64,000 nt of DNA from a virus: positions 1-64,000 of the IMG/VR virus record IMGVR_UViG_3300022226_000003; one strand, 5' to 3'. The position numbers and the translations under genes are program-made. Below are positions 48,729-57,203 of this stretch, in pieces (the stretch's first letter is position 1; every line of letters begins with the position of its first letter). The notes under the pieces were generated by a model that worked only from the letters and a program-made list of their open reading frames with translations, made no database searches and was not told where the DNA came from.

Positions 48729-48785
48729 CCAGGCGGAGGAGCACGTTGACAAGGATGTCAATACCAATTTTACAGGAGATTAAAA

Positions 48786-49091
48786 GTGAATATTTATGAG
48801 TGGTTAATTGAGTATATTAACCGGAACAGTAAAACACATATAGCACGCACTTGGTGGCATGGCGATAATACTTTTATCCAGATCAACCCCAAACCAGAAT
48901 CTGAAAATGCAGCAAAGCATTGTATACATAGAAATACTACTATGAAAGATATTGTATATATCTTTAGTGATATTGGCATTTCTGAGATGTCCCGCGAGGA
49001 TTTACGAAAGATAATGATCAACGAAGAGAACCATGATAAGTTTGAAGGAGATATTATGGACTCGATTGACCCCAGCTGGGGAGATTTCTAA
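48786..49091 (+). CDS. Early hypothetical protein
   Basis: RBS AGGAG, GTG start. Confidence 0.6.
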   Translation: MNIYEWLIEYINRNSKTHIARTWWHGDNTFIQINPKPESENAAKHCIHRNTTMKDIVYIFSDIGISEMSREDLRKIMINEENHDKFEGDIMDSIDPSWGDF

Positions 49092-49130
49092 AAATAAATT
49101 GCGGAAAAAGCAGTATCTTATATGAAAGAA
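49092..49130 (+). promoter_or_regulatory. Motif B copy 2
   Basis: 35/39 identical to 48552-48590. Confidence 0.65.
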
Positions 49131-49168
49131 GTAATTAAACTTAATATTAACTCAACGGAGATTTTAAA

Positions 49169-49288
49169 ATGTTAAATACAATACTTACGGTAATCGCAGT
49201 AGTTTTCGCAATGCGGGTATTAGTTGTAGCAGTTGCGACAATTGTTTACTTTTCACGAAAAGTTTTTCTTAAGGTCAGTACGAAATGA
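49169..49288 (+). CDS. 39-aa membrane peptide (not in ORF track)
   Basis: RBS GGAG. MLNTILTVIAVVFAMRVLVVAVATIVYFSRKVFLKVSTK. Confidence 0.6.
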   Translation: MLNTILTVIAVVFAMRVLVVAVATIVYFSRKVFLKVSTK

Positions 49289-49455
49289 TTATCAGCATTG
49301 TAGCCTTGATATTGGCGGTCATAAGTTTGATTTTTTCATTTGTGATCATTCCTGCAATTCTCGTGTCATTGCTAAAAATTCTTCTTACGTCAGCTATTGT
49401 AATAGTTATTATCGTAGCTGTGTTTAAAACTTTAAGAAGGAGGAACCTGGTATGA
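49285..49455 (+). CDS. 56-aa membrane peptide (not in ORF track)
   Basis: ATGA overlap. MIISIVALILAVISLIFSFVIIPAILVSLLKILLTSAIVIVIIVAVFKTLRRRNLV. Confidence 0.6.
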   Translation: MIISIVALILAVISLIFSFVIIPAILVSLLKILLTSAIVIVIIVAVFKTLRRRNLV

Positions 49456-49571
49456 AAAGTTTTCTGAAAAAAGCTGCTGTACTTATTATGGCGATAATTC
49501 TCTATTTCCCGTTAATTACTGTGAAGTATATCTTCAGTAAACCTGGCTTTCTCAAAGCTAACGGAGAGTAG
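49452..49571 (+). CDS. 39-aa membrane peptide (not in ORF track)
   Basis: RBS AGGAGG, ATGA overlap. MKSFLKKAAVLIMAIILYFPLITVKYIFSKPGFLKANGE. Confidence 0.6.
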   Translation: MKSFLKKAAVLIMAIILYFPLITVKYIFSKPGFLKANGE

Positions 49572-49573
49572 AG

Positions 49574-49882
49574 ATGTCAACTAATTACATTAGTATTTCT
49601 GGGTACTTTTGTATTTCCAAAGAATATCCAGAATCCCTCGATAGAGCATTGCTTGACAGGGATATATTTAAAGAGAGTGTTAAAAGAGTCAATCCTGAAA
49701 ATTTAGAGATAATGGAGAATTTTACAAAACTCTATGGAAATTTCATTAATGCTATTGAAGTAGTAGGTGTAATAGATACATCTGAAGGGTCTCTAATCCC
49801 GTTCTTTATTGACAAAAAGAAACTGAAAAAACTGCAAGACATTATTGCTAAAACAAAACCTGCCGCTATAATGAACTTGTAG
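49574..49882 (+). CDS. Early hypothetical protein
   Basis: RBS GGAG, 102 aa. Confidence 0.6.
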   Translation: MSTNYISISGYFCISKEYPESLDRALLDRDIFKESVKRVNPENLEIMENFTKLYGNFINAIEVVGVIDTSEGSLIPFFIDKKKLKKLQDIIAKTKPAAIMNL

Positions 49883-49883
49883 C

Positions 49884-49943
49884 GGTCCCCCTCTGAGAGT
49901 CTCTTAATTGAGATTTTCAGAGGGGCCTACTCGTTTATTTTTT
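49884..49943 (+). terminator. Long hairpin (terminator or RNase III-type site)
   Basis: CCCCTCTGAGAGTCTC-TTAATT-GAGATTTTCAGAGGGG, with a T-rich tract several nt downstream. Confidence 0.6.
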
Positions 49944-49954
49944 GTGGAGAGGTT

Positions 49955-50083
49955 ATGCTTTTAGAAACAAAGATAGCTAATTTTTTAATTATATTGGCGG
50001 TAGTTGCCCTGTTTTCTAAGCTCACTTTTGATGCTATAATTTTAGGTGCTATTGCAATATATCTTTATCAGAGACAGCTATGA
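49955..50083 (+). CDS. 42-aa membrane peptide (not in ORF track)
   Basis: RBS GGAGAGG. MLLETKIANFLIILAVVALFSKLTFDAIILGAIAIYLYQRQL. Confidence 0.55.
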   Translation: MLLETKIANFLIILAVVALFSKLTFDAIILGAIAIYLYQRQL

Positions 50084-50172
50084 TCAAACTATTAATAGGA
50101 CTGTATTTGCTTACTCTTATTCCCAAGATTTTTAAGAAATTAGAGAAAATAAATGAAAAGAAAATTAATTGA
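50080..50172 (+). CDS. 30-aa peptide (not in ORF track)
   Basis: ATGA overlap. MIKLLIGLYLLTLIPKIFKKLEKINEKKIN. Overlaps the RNAP start. Confidence 0.4.
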   Translation: MIKLLIGLYLLTLIPKIFKKLEKINEKKIN

Positions 50173-52411
50173 GTCTTTGACACTAAGACTTAAAAAAGAA
50201 GTGGCTCCTCAGAACCCTATTAAGTATTTGAAGAATTACGACGTTGAGCAATATATTGATATTGTAATTTCTGTTATGTATTTATACACAAGACCAAAGA
50301 AAAACAATATTGTTCCTATTTTAGTTACTGAAGTAATAACTGCAATAGGGCATAGAGTTCGGAGTGAATTGAAACAAAAAAGAGATTCTGCCCTGGCTGC
50401 TAAGACCGGGGCCTTTATATTATACTCATTTGAACTGCTTGATATTACATATATTAAACTAGCACCGGGACGAAGAGGGCACGCAACTTACATACTAGAG
50501 GTAATAAATGATAACGTTATTTGCGAACTTTGGCAAAATCTAGGCGCTAAAGATATTGAAAAAGTGCCCTCATTGTATCCCTATTTACCCTGGAAAGGTA
50601 CCAGACATGCCACCGGATTGACTATGGTAAAAACGCAAAATAAAGAGGTTCTAGAAAAGATAAAACCAGAGACACACGGTATGCTATTCGATTGTTTAAA
50701 TAGAGCTCAACAAGTAGGTTGGAGAATAAATGATGAAATATATAAATTACATCTATGGGCTTTACGAAATAAAACAGACGCTTTTGCGGATATTTGGGAG
50801 CAACATGACCCAGAAGCTAAAGCCACAAAGCTCAGAGAGGCAAGAGCTGTTGGAGATATTGCTCGTAAATTTATTGGGAAAACCTTCTACCATCTCTATT
50901 ACTACGATTTCAGAGGTCGTAAGTACGCTGCAACAGCATATCTGCATGAGCAGGGGGCTGACTTGGCACGTGGACTTCTGTTACGAGACGATAAAAAAGC
51001 AATTGGTGTTAAAGGTTATTTCTGGCTCTTAGTGAGTATTGCTTCAAATTGGGCAGGAGAAGCCGGTAGAGAAGATAGTTTAAAGACTGATAAAATACCT
51101 TTACAAGAACGTTACCAGTGGTCTTTAGATAATGAAGAGATTTTATTATCATATGCAAAAGCTCCTAAAGTTAATCAAGGTTGGATGCAAGCGGATAAAC
51201 CATGGCAATTCCTCGCTGGCTGTTTTGAATTAGAAAAATTTAGAGATTATCAATTAAAATTAGAAGAAAAATTAAACGGTTTGCATTGCAGTGAGGAAAT
51301 GTGGTATGGATATGAATCTCATCTTGAGTGTTTTATTGACGGGAGTAATAATGGGAGTCAGCATCTTGCTGCGCTCACCCGAGACGAAATTACAGCGCCT
51401 CATGTTAATCTTGTACCTCTGGACTACCCCGGCGATTTATACAATTATGTGGCTGAGAATGTATGGGAAGCCCTAGGTAAGCAGGTTGAGATGTTTTCTA
51501 TTGATGAAATAAAAGACTGTGAAGAGTTTATTGACAATCTCGTCAAAATAAAGAAAAAGATAAACAAAGCACCCACAAGTGAAATCAAAGCAAAATACAT
51601 AAATGAAATTCAAGAATTAAAATACAATAACCTTGAACTGATGACAATGGCTGCACCAATATATTGGTTCAGAATTACGGATGCAAAAGAACGAAGGAAA
51701 ATAGTTAAAAGAAATACAATGACGTTGCCTTATGGAGGAACACCCTACGGGCTGGGCCAGCAGATAATCGATGATGCTAAAAAACATGGTATTGAGCAAT
51801 TGTTATATATGGAACATAAATGGGGTGCTTTCTTGGGTAGAGAAATATTTGAGAACTGTAAAATATCTCTTACGCGACTTATGAAGCTCTTACTCATATT
51901 TGAAGCTGCTGGAAGGCAAGCTGAATTGGAAGGTAGATTTCTGAGTTGGACGGTCCCTTTAACAAACTTCCCTGTTGTTCAACATTACACTGAAGGGATC
52001 GTAAAGCGGGTGTATGTCCAATATGGACCACCCTCTGGACAAAGGACTACTACGGGATATTTCAAAAATACTCTGCAACTACACGTATGTTTCCTTGAAG
52101 AAACGGTGCCTTCAAAAAGAAAGCAATCGCAAGGTGCTTCGCCTAATGCTATCCACAGCCTGGATGCGGCGCATTTGACATTAACGGTATGTAAAGCAAA
52201 TTTTCCTGTGACTACTGTCCATGATTCATTCGGATGCTTACTCGCGGATATGCCTGATTTATTCAGGATTGTTAGAGAAACCTTTGTGGAATTACACGAA
52301 GTAAATCCCCTAAATTCAATTATGAAGGATATACAAGGAGATATCTCAGAATTGGAAATGGGTAACTTAGATATTAATCTTATATTAGAATCGGAGTATT
52401 GTTTTTCATGA
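50153..52411 (+). CDS. T7-like single-subunit DNA-directed RNA polymerase
   Basis: DFRGRKY, QGADLARGLL, KPWQFLA, motif A DGSNNGSQH, motif B RKIVKRNTMTLPYG, PNAIHSLDA, motif C VHDSF. Confidence 0.95.
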   Translation: MKRKLIESLTLRLKKEVAPQNPIKYLKNYDVEQYIDIVISVMYLYTRPKKNNIVPILVTEVITAIGHRVRSELKQKRDSALAAKTGAFILYSFELLDITYIKLAPGRRGHATYILEVINDNVICELWQNLGAKDIEKVPSLYPYLPWKGTRHATGLTMVKTQNKEVLEKIKPETHGMLFDCLNRAQQVGWRINDEIYKLHLWALRNKTDAFADIWEQHDPEAKATKLREARAVGDIARKFIGKTFYHLYYYDFRGRKYAATAYLHEQGADLARGLLLRDDKKAIGVKGYFWLLVSIASNWAGEAGREDSLKTDKIPLQERYQWSLDNEEILLSYAKAPKVNQGWMQADKPWQFLAGCFELEKFRDYQLKLEEKLNGLHCSEEMWYGYESHLECFIDGSNNGSQHLAALTRDEITAPHVNLVPLDYPGDLYNYVAENVWEALGKQVEMFSIDEIKDCEEFIDNLVKIKKKINKAPTSEIKAKYINEIQELKYNNLELMTMAAPIYWFRITDAKERRKIVKRNTMTLPYGGTPYGLGQQIIDDAKKHGIEQLLYMEHKWGAFLGREIFENCKISLTRLMKLLLIFEAAGRQAELEGRFLSWTVPLTNFPVVQHYTEGIVKRVYVQYGPPSGQRTTTGYFKNTLQLHVCFLEETVPSKRKQSQGASPNAIHSLDAAHLTLTVCKANFPVTTVHDSFGCLLADMPDLFRIVRETFVELHEVNPLNSIMKDIQGDISELEMGNLDINLILESEYCFS

Positions 52412-52956
52412 AAAAATTATCAAATGTTGAAGATGTGGAATTGCTGGTCACAGATTCAAAACTGAAGAATTGGATCTATGGTATGAACGATCAACTTGCA
52501 GAGGATCTTGACGAAGATGATGCGCAAGAGTTTGTTGTGTACTTCGGAGGTGACATTTTCTTAGTTGAAAATGAGCAAGATCTTAAAGAAATCGATTTAC
52601 CGTATGATGGTTCGAATGTTGATAGGAATATAACTGAAGGGGCCGCAGTATTTGATATTGCTGAATGGATCCTAGGAGGTATGTATGCGCAGCTAATGCT
52701 GATCACAAATAATGGTGGTGGTAATACATATGTAATCCCGAGAGTAGTTGCCGGTAAATCAGAGAATGTCATTGAAAGTATGAAGATGACTCAAAAGAGC
52801 TATGAGAAGGAAACTGAGAATCTTTATGGCGATCCACAAAAAGAAAAGCTAGAAGAGGATGCAAAAGATATTGAACAAGAGATGAAATCAAGTTTAAAAG
52901 AGTATGATGACCCGATGTCAGATGAAATGGAATTGGGGCCAGAAGATAAACTTTAG
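52408..52956 (+). CDS. Acidic hypothetical protein
   Basis: ATGA overlap with the RNAP stop. Very D/E-rich. Confidence 0.6.
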   Translation: MKKLSNVEDVELLVTDSKLKNWIYGMNDQLAEDLDEDDAQEFVVYFGGDIFLVENEQDLKEIDLPYDGSNVDRNITEGAAVFDIAEWILGGMYAQLMLITNNGGGNTYVIPRVVAGKSENVIESMKMTQKSYEKETENLYGDPQKEKLEEDAKDIEQEMKSSLKEYDDPMSDEMELGPEDKL

Positions 52957-52965
52957 GGGATAAAA

Positions 52966-53169
52966 GTGATATTAATTACTAAAGTAGACCCGTTTACCGG
53001 AAAGACTAATCAGCGGTTGATAGATATAACCCGCGAACAGTTAGAACAATATGAAAAGGGTGGTAAGTGCATACAAGATGCGTTCCCGCATTTAACGCCC
53101 GATGAGCGCGAATTTATCATGACGGGTATTACACCCGATTCATGGAATGCAGCATTTAATAAAACTTAA
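52966..53169 (+). CDS. Conserved-looking small phage protein
   Basis: IQDAFPHLTPDEREFIMTGITP..W motif. Confidence 0.6.
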   Translation: MILITKVDPFTGKTNQRLIDITREQLEQYEKGGKCIQDAFPHLTPDEREFIMTGITPDSWNAAFNKT

Positions 53170-53189
53170 TATTATAAGTAGGGGATAAA

Positions 53190-53792
53190 ATGATAATCAA
53201 AAATTGTGAAATCTGGTTCGCCAAAGTAGACCCCAAGAGGCCCAACCCGAAGTTTGATCCAAAGAATCCCACATGGGAAGTCCAGATGAGAACCAGTGAT
53301 AAAGCAGTTTTGAAATACTGGAAAGAATGTGATTTGAAAGAACCTAAGGCCGTGATACCAGATGAAGGTGAGCCTTATTTCCGTATAAATCTGAAAAAGA
53401 AATCTATTCGAAAGGATGGTGATCCAGCTGATCCAGTGCAAGTTGTGAATATGCAACGAGAACCGGTGGACCCTAATTCCATCGGAAATGGCTCTATCGC
53501 AAATATCCGAGTATTTCAATATCCGTATCCCGATAAAGCAACAGGTGAAGAAAGAATATCTTCTATCTTAATGGGAATACAACTTATCAAGCATATTGTT
53601 TGGATACCCAAGCCCGGTGAAGATTTCGAGGATGAGGGTGAAACTGAAGTCATTATGCCCGAAACTGATGAAGATGATGAAGCACCTTGGGAAGATGAGG
53701 AAGGTCCCGACGACGGCCCTAAAGAACCTAAGAAAACCCCGACACCCGCAATTAAAGTCGGTAGCAAGGATGACGTAGATCCTGAATTTTAA
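53190..53792 (+). CDS. Single-stranded DNA-binding protein (T7 gp2.5-like)
   Basis: IGNGSIANI and LMGIQLI motifs, plus an acidic C-terminal tail ending in Phe. Confidence 0.75.
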   Translation: MIIKNCEIWFAKVDPKRPNPKFDPKNPTWEVQMRTSDKAVLKYWKECDLKEPKAVIPDEGEPYFRINLKKKSIRKDGDPADPVQVVNMQREPVDPNSIGNGSIANIRVFQYPYPDKATGEERISSILMGIQLIKHIVWIPKPGEDFEDEGETEVIMPETDEDDEAPWEDEEGPDDGPKEPKKTPTPAIKVGSKDDVDPEF

Positions 53793-53881
53793 ATATTAAC
53801 CTATGGGAGCAACGCTACACGTAGATGTACTGCCAGTTATAAAAGTCTGGCCGTTGCCCCGCCTTATAAGTAGGATAACCT

Positions 53882-54427
53882 ATGAAATACGAATATGTCT
53901 TATATCTGAGGCACGATACATCGAAAGATGAAATTATAGCAACAGCCTTCAATCCCCAAGAGATACTTAAACAATGGGGAGCCCGAGAGCAAGGAGCTTT
54001 TGCTCATAGCTGGTATCAGCTAGTTATCAACGACTATTGTACAGGTGAACAGTTAGCAGCATACCTGGATCTAGAGCGTTTTGCGTCAAGTGTTTGGTTT
54101 CATAATGATAAAGACCCTCACAAAGAAATGCTAAAAAATACACCCAGTAAAGATCCCGTAAACCCCAGTCACTATCAAAGATTTGTAATGGATCTTCAAT
54201 GGATTGAAACGAAGCAATATACTAGTATGAATTTCGAAGCAGCTATTCAATTACAAGTCGAAAAATATCTAGATCGCTTAGGTAAAAAGGACGAGGAAAT
54301 ACAAGAACTAAAGAAAGCTTTTTGGTATCTTGGTTTTTGGATAGCATATAAAATTAATGATAAAAAGCCAATTAAAGTTAAAGATATCCCTGAATTACTT
54401 GATATAAGCAATATCTGGAAAGGTTAA
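53882..54427 (+). CDS. DUF3310 (SaV/T7 gp1.7-like) domain protein
   Basis: DPVNPSHY ... KYLDRLGKKD...ELKKAFWYL. Confidence 0.7.
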   Translation: MKYEYVLYLRHDTSKDEIIATAFNPQEILKQWGAREQGAFAHSWYQLVINDYCTGEQLAAYLDLERFASSVWFHNDKDPHKEMLKNTPSKDPVNPSHYQRFVMDLQWIETKQYTSMNFEAAIQLQVEKYLDRLGKKDEEIQELKKAFWYLGFWIAYKINDKKPIKVKDIPELLDISNIWKG

Positions 54428-54429
54428 AA

Positions 54430-56424
54430 ATGCGATTAGTATTTGACATCGAGACCAATTCGCTATTACCTGCATTAAAGAGAATGTGGTTGTTAATAGC
54501 ACAAGATACTAAATTCAAAATTAAATATGAATATTTTGAAAATGATTTTGGCTGGAAGAAACTTTTCGAAAAAGCTCAAGTAGTAATAGGCCACAATATT
54601 TTAGGGTTTGACGTTCCTGCTTTGAAGAAACTATTTAATTATGAGTTTCCAAAAAGCGTAGTTTTTCATGATACAGCTCTGATGTCCAGAATTTTAGATT
54701 ACCGAAGATTCGGACACCGTAGCCATTCTCTGGAAGTTTGGGGTGAAATGCTGGGAGACCCTAAAGGTAAGTTTATTGAATACGGCGGTTGGGATCCCGA
54801 AAAATCTATCTATTCCAGTGAAGAAGAATGGTCTGAAGCAATGCACCTCTATTGCGCGCAAGATGTAAATGTCAATATTCAAATTTATGAAATACTGCTA
54901 GCAGAGTTTAGTGCTCTTGCTAAAAGAAATCCTTTCATAAAAACCTATATGACGGCAGAACACTATGCGGCAAGATGGCAAGCCACAGCACAATTACATG
55001 GTTGGCCTTTTAATGTGGAAGCTGCCAAAAAGCTATTTGAAGAAATTGACGAAAAGTTAAATGCAACCAGGGAACTATTGGAACCGAGGCTTGGAATAAA
55101 AGTAATTGCAAAAGATAAAGCAAATCGCAAAGTTGAAACAAAGAAACCTGCTTGGACAAAAGATGGTTACTATGCTAAACGTACAGCTGATTGGTTTAAT
55201 ATCCCTGTACAATGTGGTTTTGAGATGGACAGAGAGGAGGCTCTGGAAATACTGGAAATGGATCCTCAAGACCAGTCTGATGAACTCATTGTTCTTGCTG
55301 AAGAAATATTAGAGTATGGCTCAAGACCTATTATCGGGGAATATTGTCGTGTGGAATTTCAGCCCAGATCACTAACTTCACCTTCGGACGTCAAAGATTT
55401 TCTATTTGAACAGGGGTGGGAGCCGTCTGAGTGGAACACAAAGAGGGATGAAGAAACGGGCGAAATAATAAAAACTTCACCAAAGATATCTGATGACGAT
55501 CTCGAACTTCTAGGTGGAGACGGTGCTTTGTATAACGAATTCAAATCACTCGCTTCCAGGCACAGTATCATAGCTACTTGGATAGCGGAAGTTGATGAGA
55601 ATGGAATGCTACACGGTGAATCGCATCTAGTTGGAACACCGAGTATGCGAACTCGACATCAAATCATTGTAAATGTTCCTACAGCTGAAAAGCCTTATGG
55701 CAAAGAAATGAGATCATTGTTCCACGCATTACCCAATTGGAAATTGATTGGAGCGGACTCTTCAGGTAATCAAGCAAGGGGCCTGGCCTTTTACTTAGGC
55801 GATAAGGAATTTATTGATGTTATTTTGAATAAAGATATTCATGAGTACAATAAAGAAAAGCTTAATGATGTATTAGAAGAAATGGGTTACGGTCGGCCAG
55901 TTACTAGAGACCAAGCGAAAAGAGTTTTATATGCTTTTCTTTTCGGTGCATCAGGAATGAAGCTATGGAGCTATATCTTCGGTGTAGCAAAAATAAAAGA
56001 AGGGAATACTCTTAAAAGAGGCTTCGTGAAAGCCGTCCCCGGATTTAAAGACCTGATAGATAAATTGGAGAATATTTATGGCGCAACTTCTAAGGAAGGA
56101 TATGGCTATATTCCTTCTCTGGCAGGTAATAAGATATATGTGGACTCGTTCCATAAGTTACTTGTGTACTTGTTACAAAGCCTTGAGAAAATAACTTGCA
56201 GTACTTCTTTAATGCTGACAATGCAAAGGCTGGAAGCTGAAAACATACCTTATATTCCGTTGATGTATTATCATGATGAAATAGACTTTATGACACCTGA
56301 TGAATACGCAGAACGTGCTTCGGAAATAAGTGAACAAGCTTTTACTGATGGGCCTAAGCTATACGGTATTGATATTATGGCAGGTCAAGGAAAAATAGGA
56401 GATACATGGTATGAAATTCACTAA
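54430..56424 (+). CDS. Family A DNA polymerase (T7 gp5-like)
   Basis: Exo motifs FDIET, GHNILGFD, YCAQDV. Pol motifs GADSSGNQAR, RDQAKRVLYAFLFG, YHDEI. C-terminal G.TWYEIH. Confidence 0.92.
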   Translation: MRLVFDIETNSLLPALKRMWLLIAQDTKFKIKYEYFENDFGWKKLFEKAQVVIGHNILGFDVPALKKLFNYEFPKSVVFHDTALMSRILDYRRFGHRSHSLEVWGEMLGDPKGKFIEYGGWDPEKSIYSSEEEWSEAMHLYCAQDVNVNIQIYEILLAEFSALAKRNPFIKTYMTAEHYAARWQATAQLHGWPFNVEAAKKLFEEIDEKLNATRELLEPRLGIKVIAKDKANRKVETKKPAWTKDGYYAKRTADWFNIPVQCGFEMDREEALEILEMDPQDQSDELIVLAEEILEYGSRPIIGEYCRVEFQPRSLTSPSDVKDFLFEQGWEPSEWNTKRDEETGEIIKTSPKISDDDLELLGGDGALYNEFKSLASRHSIIATWIAEVDENGMLHGESHLVGTPSMRTRHQIIVNVPTAEKPYGKEMRSLFHALPNWKLIGADSSGNQARGLAFYLGDKEFIDVILNKDIHEYNKEKLNDVLEEMGYGRPVTRDQAKRVLYAFLFGASGMKLWSYIFGVAKIKEGNTLKRGFVKAVPGFKDLIDKLENIYGATSKEGYGYIPSLAGNKIYVDSFHKLLVYLLQSLEKITCSTSLMLTMQRLEAENIPYIPLMYYHDEIDFMTPDEYAERASEISEQAFTDGPKLYGIDIMAGQGKIGDTWYEIH

Positions 56425-56650
56425 TATTAAAAATGTTATTATAGTATTGCTATTGAGTGGTTGCGGTACTGATTTACCGTATGATGATGCAGAGCAAATC
56501 AATGATGGCAACAATACAAGACCTTTGACAATCGAAGAGAGGCAGCTCTGTGGTCTTTCTGATAAACGTATTATTGTCGAAATAGTTGAGAATGGAGTAA
56601 GTGTAGGGTTTTACACTATCTACTGTAAATACGGATATGTTAGGTATTAG
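56411..56650 (+). CDS. Lipoprotein
   Basis: Lipobox LLSGC after a hydrophobic stretch. Confidence 0.6.
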   Translation: MKFTNIKNVIIVLLLSGCGTDLPYDDAEQINDGNNTRPLTIEERQLCGLSDKRIIVEIVENGVSVGFYTIYCKYGYVRY

Positions 56651-56655
56651 CATTC

Positions 56656-56748
56656 GGATGCGAGGCGGATATTGGCTTAAGTCGCACCGGACTGTAAATC
56701 CGGATTCTGCTAGACAGGGTGATGGTTCGATTCCATCCGCATCCACCA
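56656..56748 (+). tRNA. tRNA-Tyr (GTA)
   Basis: Acceptor stem GGATGCG/CGCATCC + A + CCA. Anticodon arm CCGGA-CTGTAAA-TCCGG. Long variable arm. T arm GATGG-TTCGATT-CCATC. Position 8 is A rather than the usual U. Confidence 0.9.
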
Positions 56749-56774
56749 CTTAACTTAAAATCAATGGAGACCAA

Positions 56775-57077
56775 ATGAATATTCATATAGTATATTGGAG
56801 AGGTTCTACAGAACTCGGTGGCATAGAGCTGAGTGATTTAAGAATAAATTACAATCTTGCCTCTGAAATGGATTTAATTATAGTCCATAATGACAAACAA
56901 TTTGTAACATTAAGAGATCGAATGGGAAATAGTAAAAAACAGCTCTTCCGAGAGGATATGCTCACGGAATTTGTAGCGCAGTGGATTGACGATTGGAGAA
57001 TGTCAAATCCCCCGGAACCTGATCAAGAGGATGACACCACAGATTGGGGCATTGAAAACCAAACAATTGGGGGTTAA
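56775..57077 (+). CDS. Hypothetical protein
   Basis: RBS GGAG, 100 aa. Confidence 0.6.
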   Translation: MNIHIVYWRGSTELGGIELSDLRINYNLASEMDLIIVHNDKQFVTLRDRMGNSKKQLFREDMLTEFVAQWIDDWRMSNPPEPDQEDDTTDWGIENQTIGG

Positions 57078-57078
57078 C

Positions 57079-57162
57079 ATGGATTTAATAGATACGATAA
57101 TTGTCTCTTCGGTTGTTTCTACTATGATGGTGATTATCGTCACATTAGCCTGGAACAAGTAA
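57079..57162 (+). CDS. 27-aa hydrophobic peptide (not in ORF track)
   Basis: MDLIDTIIVSSVVSTMMVIIVTLAWNK, G-rich RBS. Confidence 0.35.
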   Translation: MDLIDTIIVSSVVSTMMVIIVTLAWNK

Positions 57163-57203
57163 TTAAAACAAAATATTATTTCAGAAATATTAAGGAGAAA
57201 CCA

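Noticed and set aside
49233-49427. 64-aa ORF in the supplied track
   Set aside because: Overlaps better-supported coupled ORFs 49169..49288 and 49285..49455 in other frames.
56474-56749. 91-aa minus-strand ORF
   Set aside because: Antisense to tRNA-Tyr and the lipoprotein gene.
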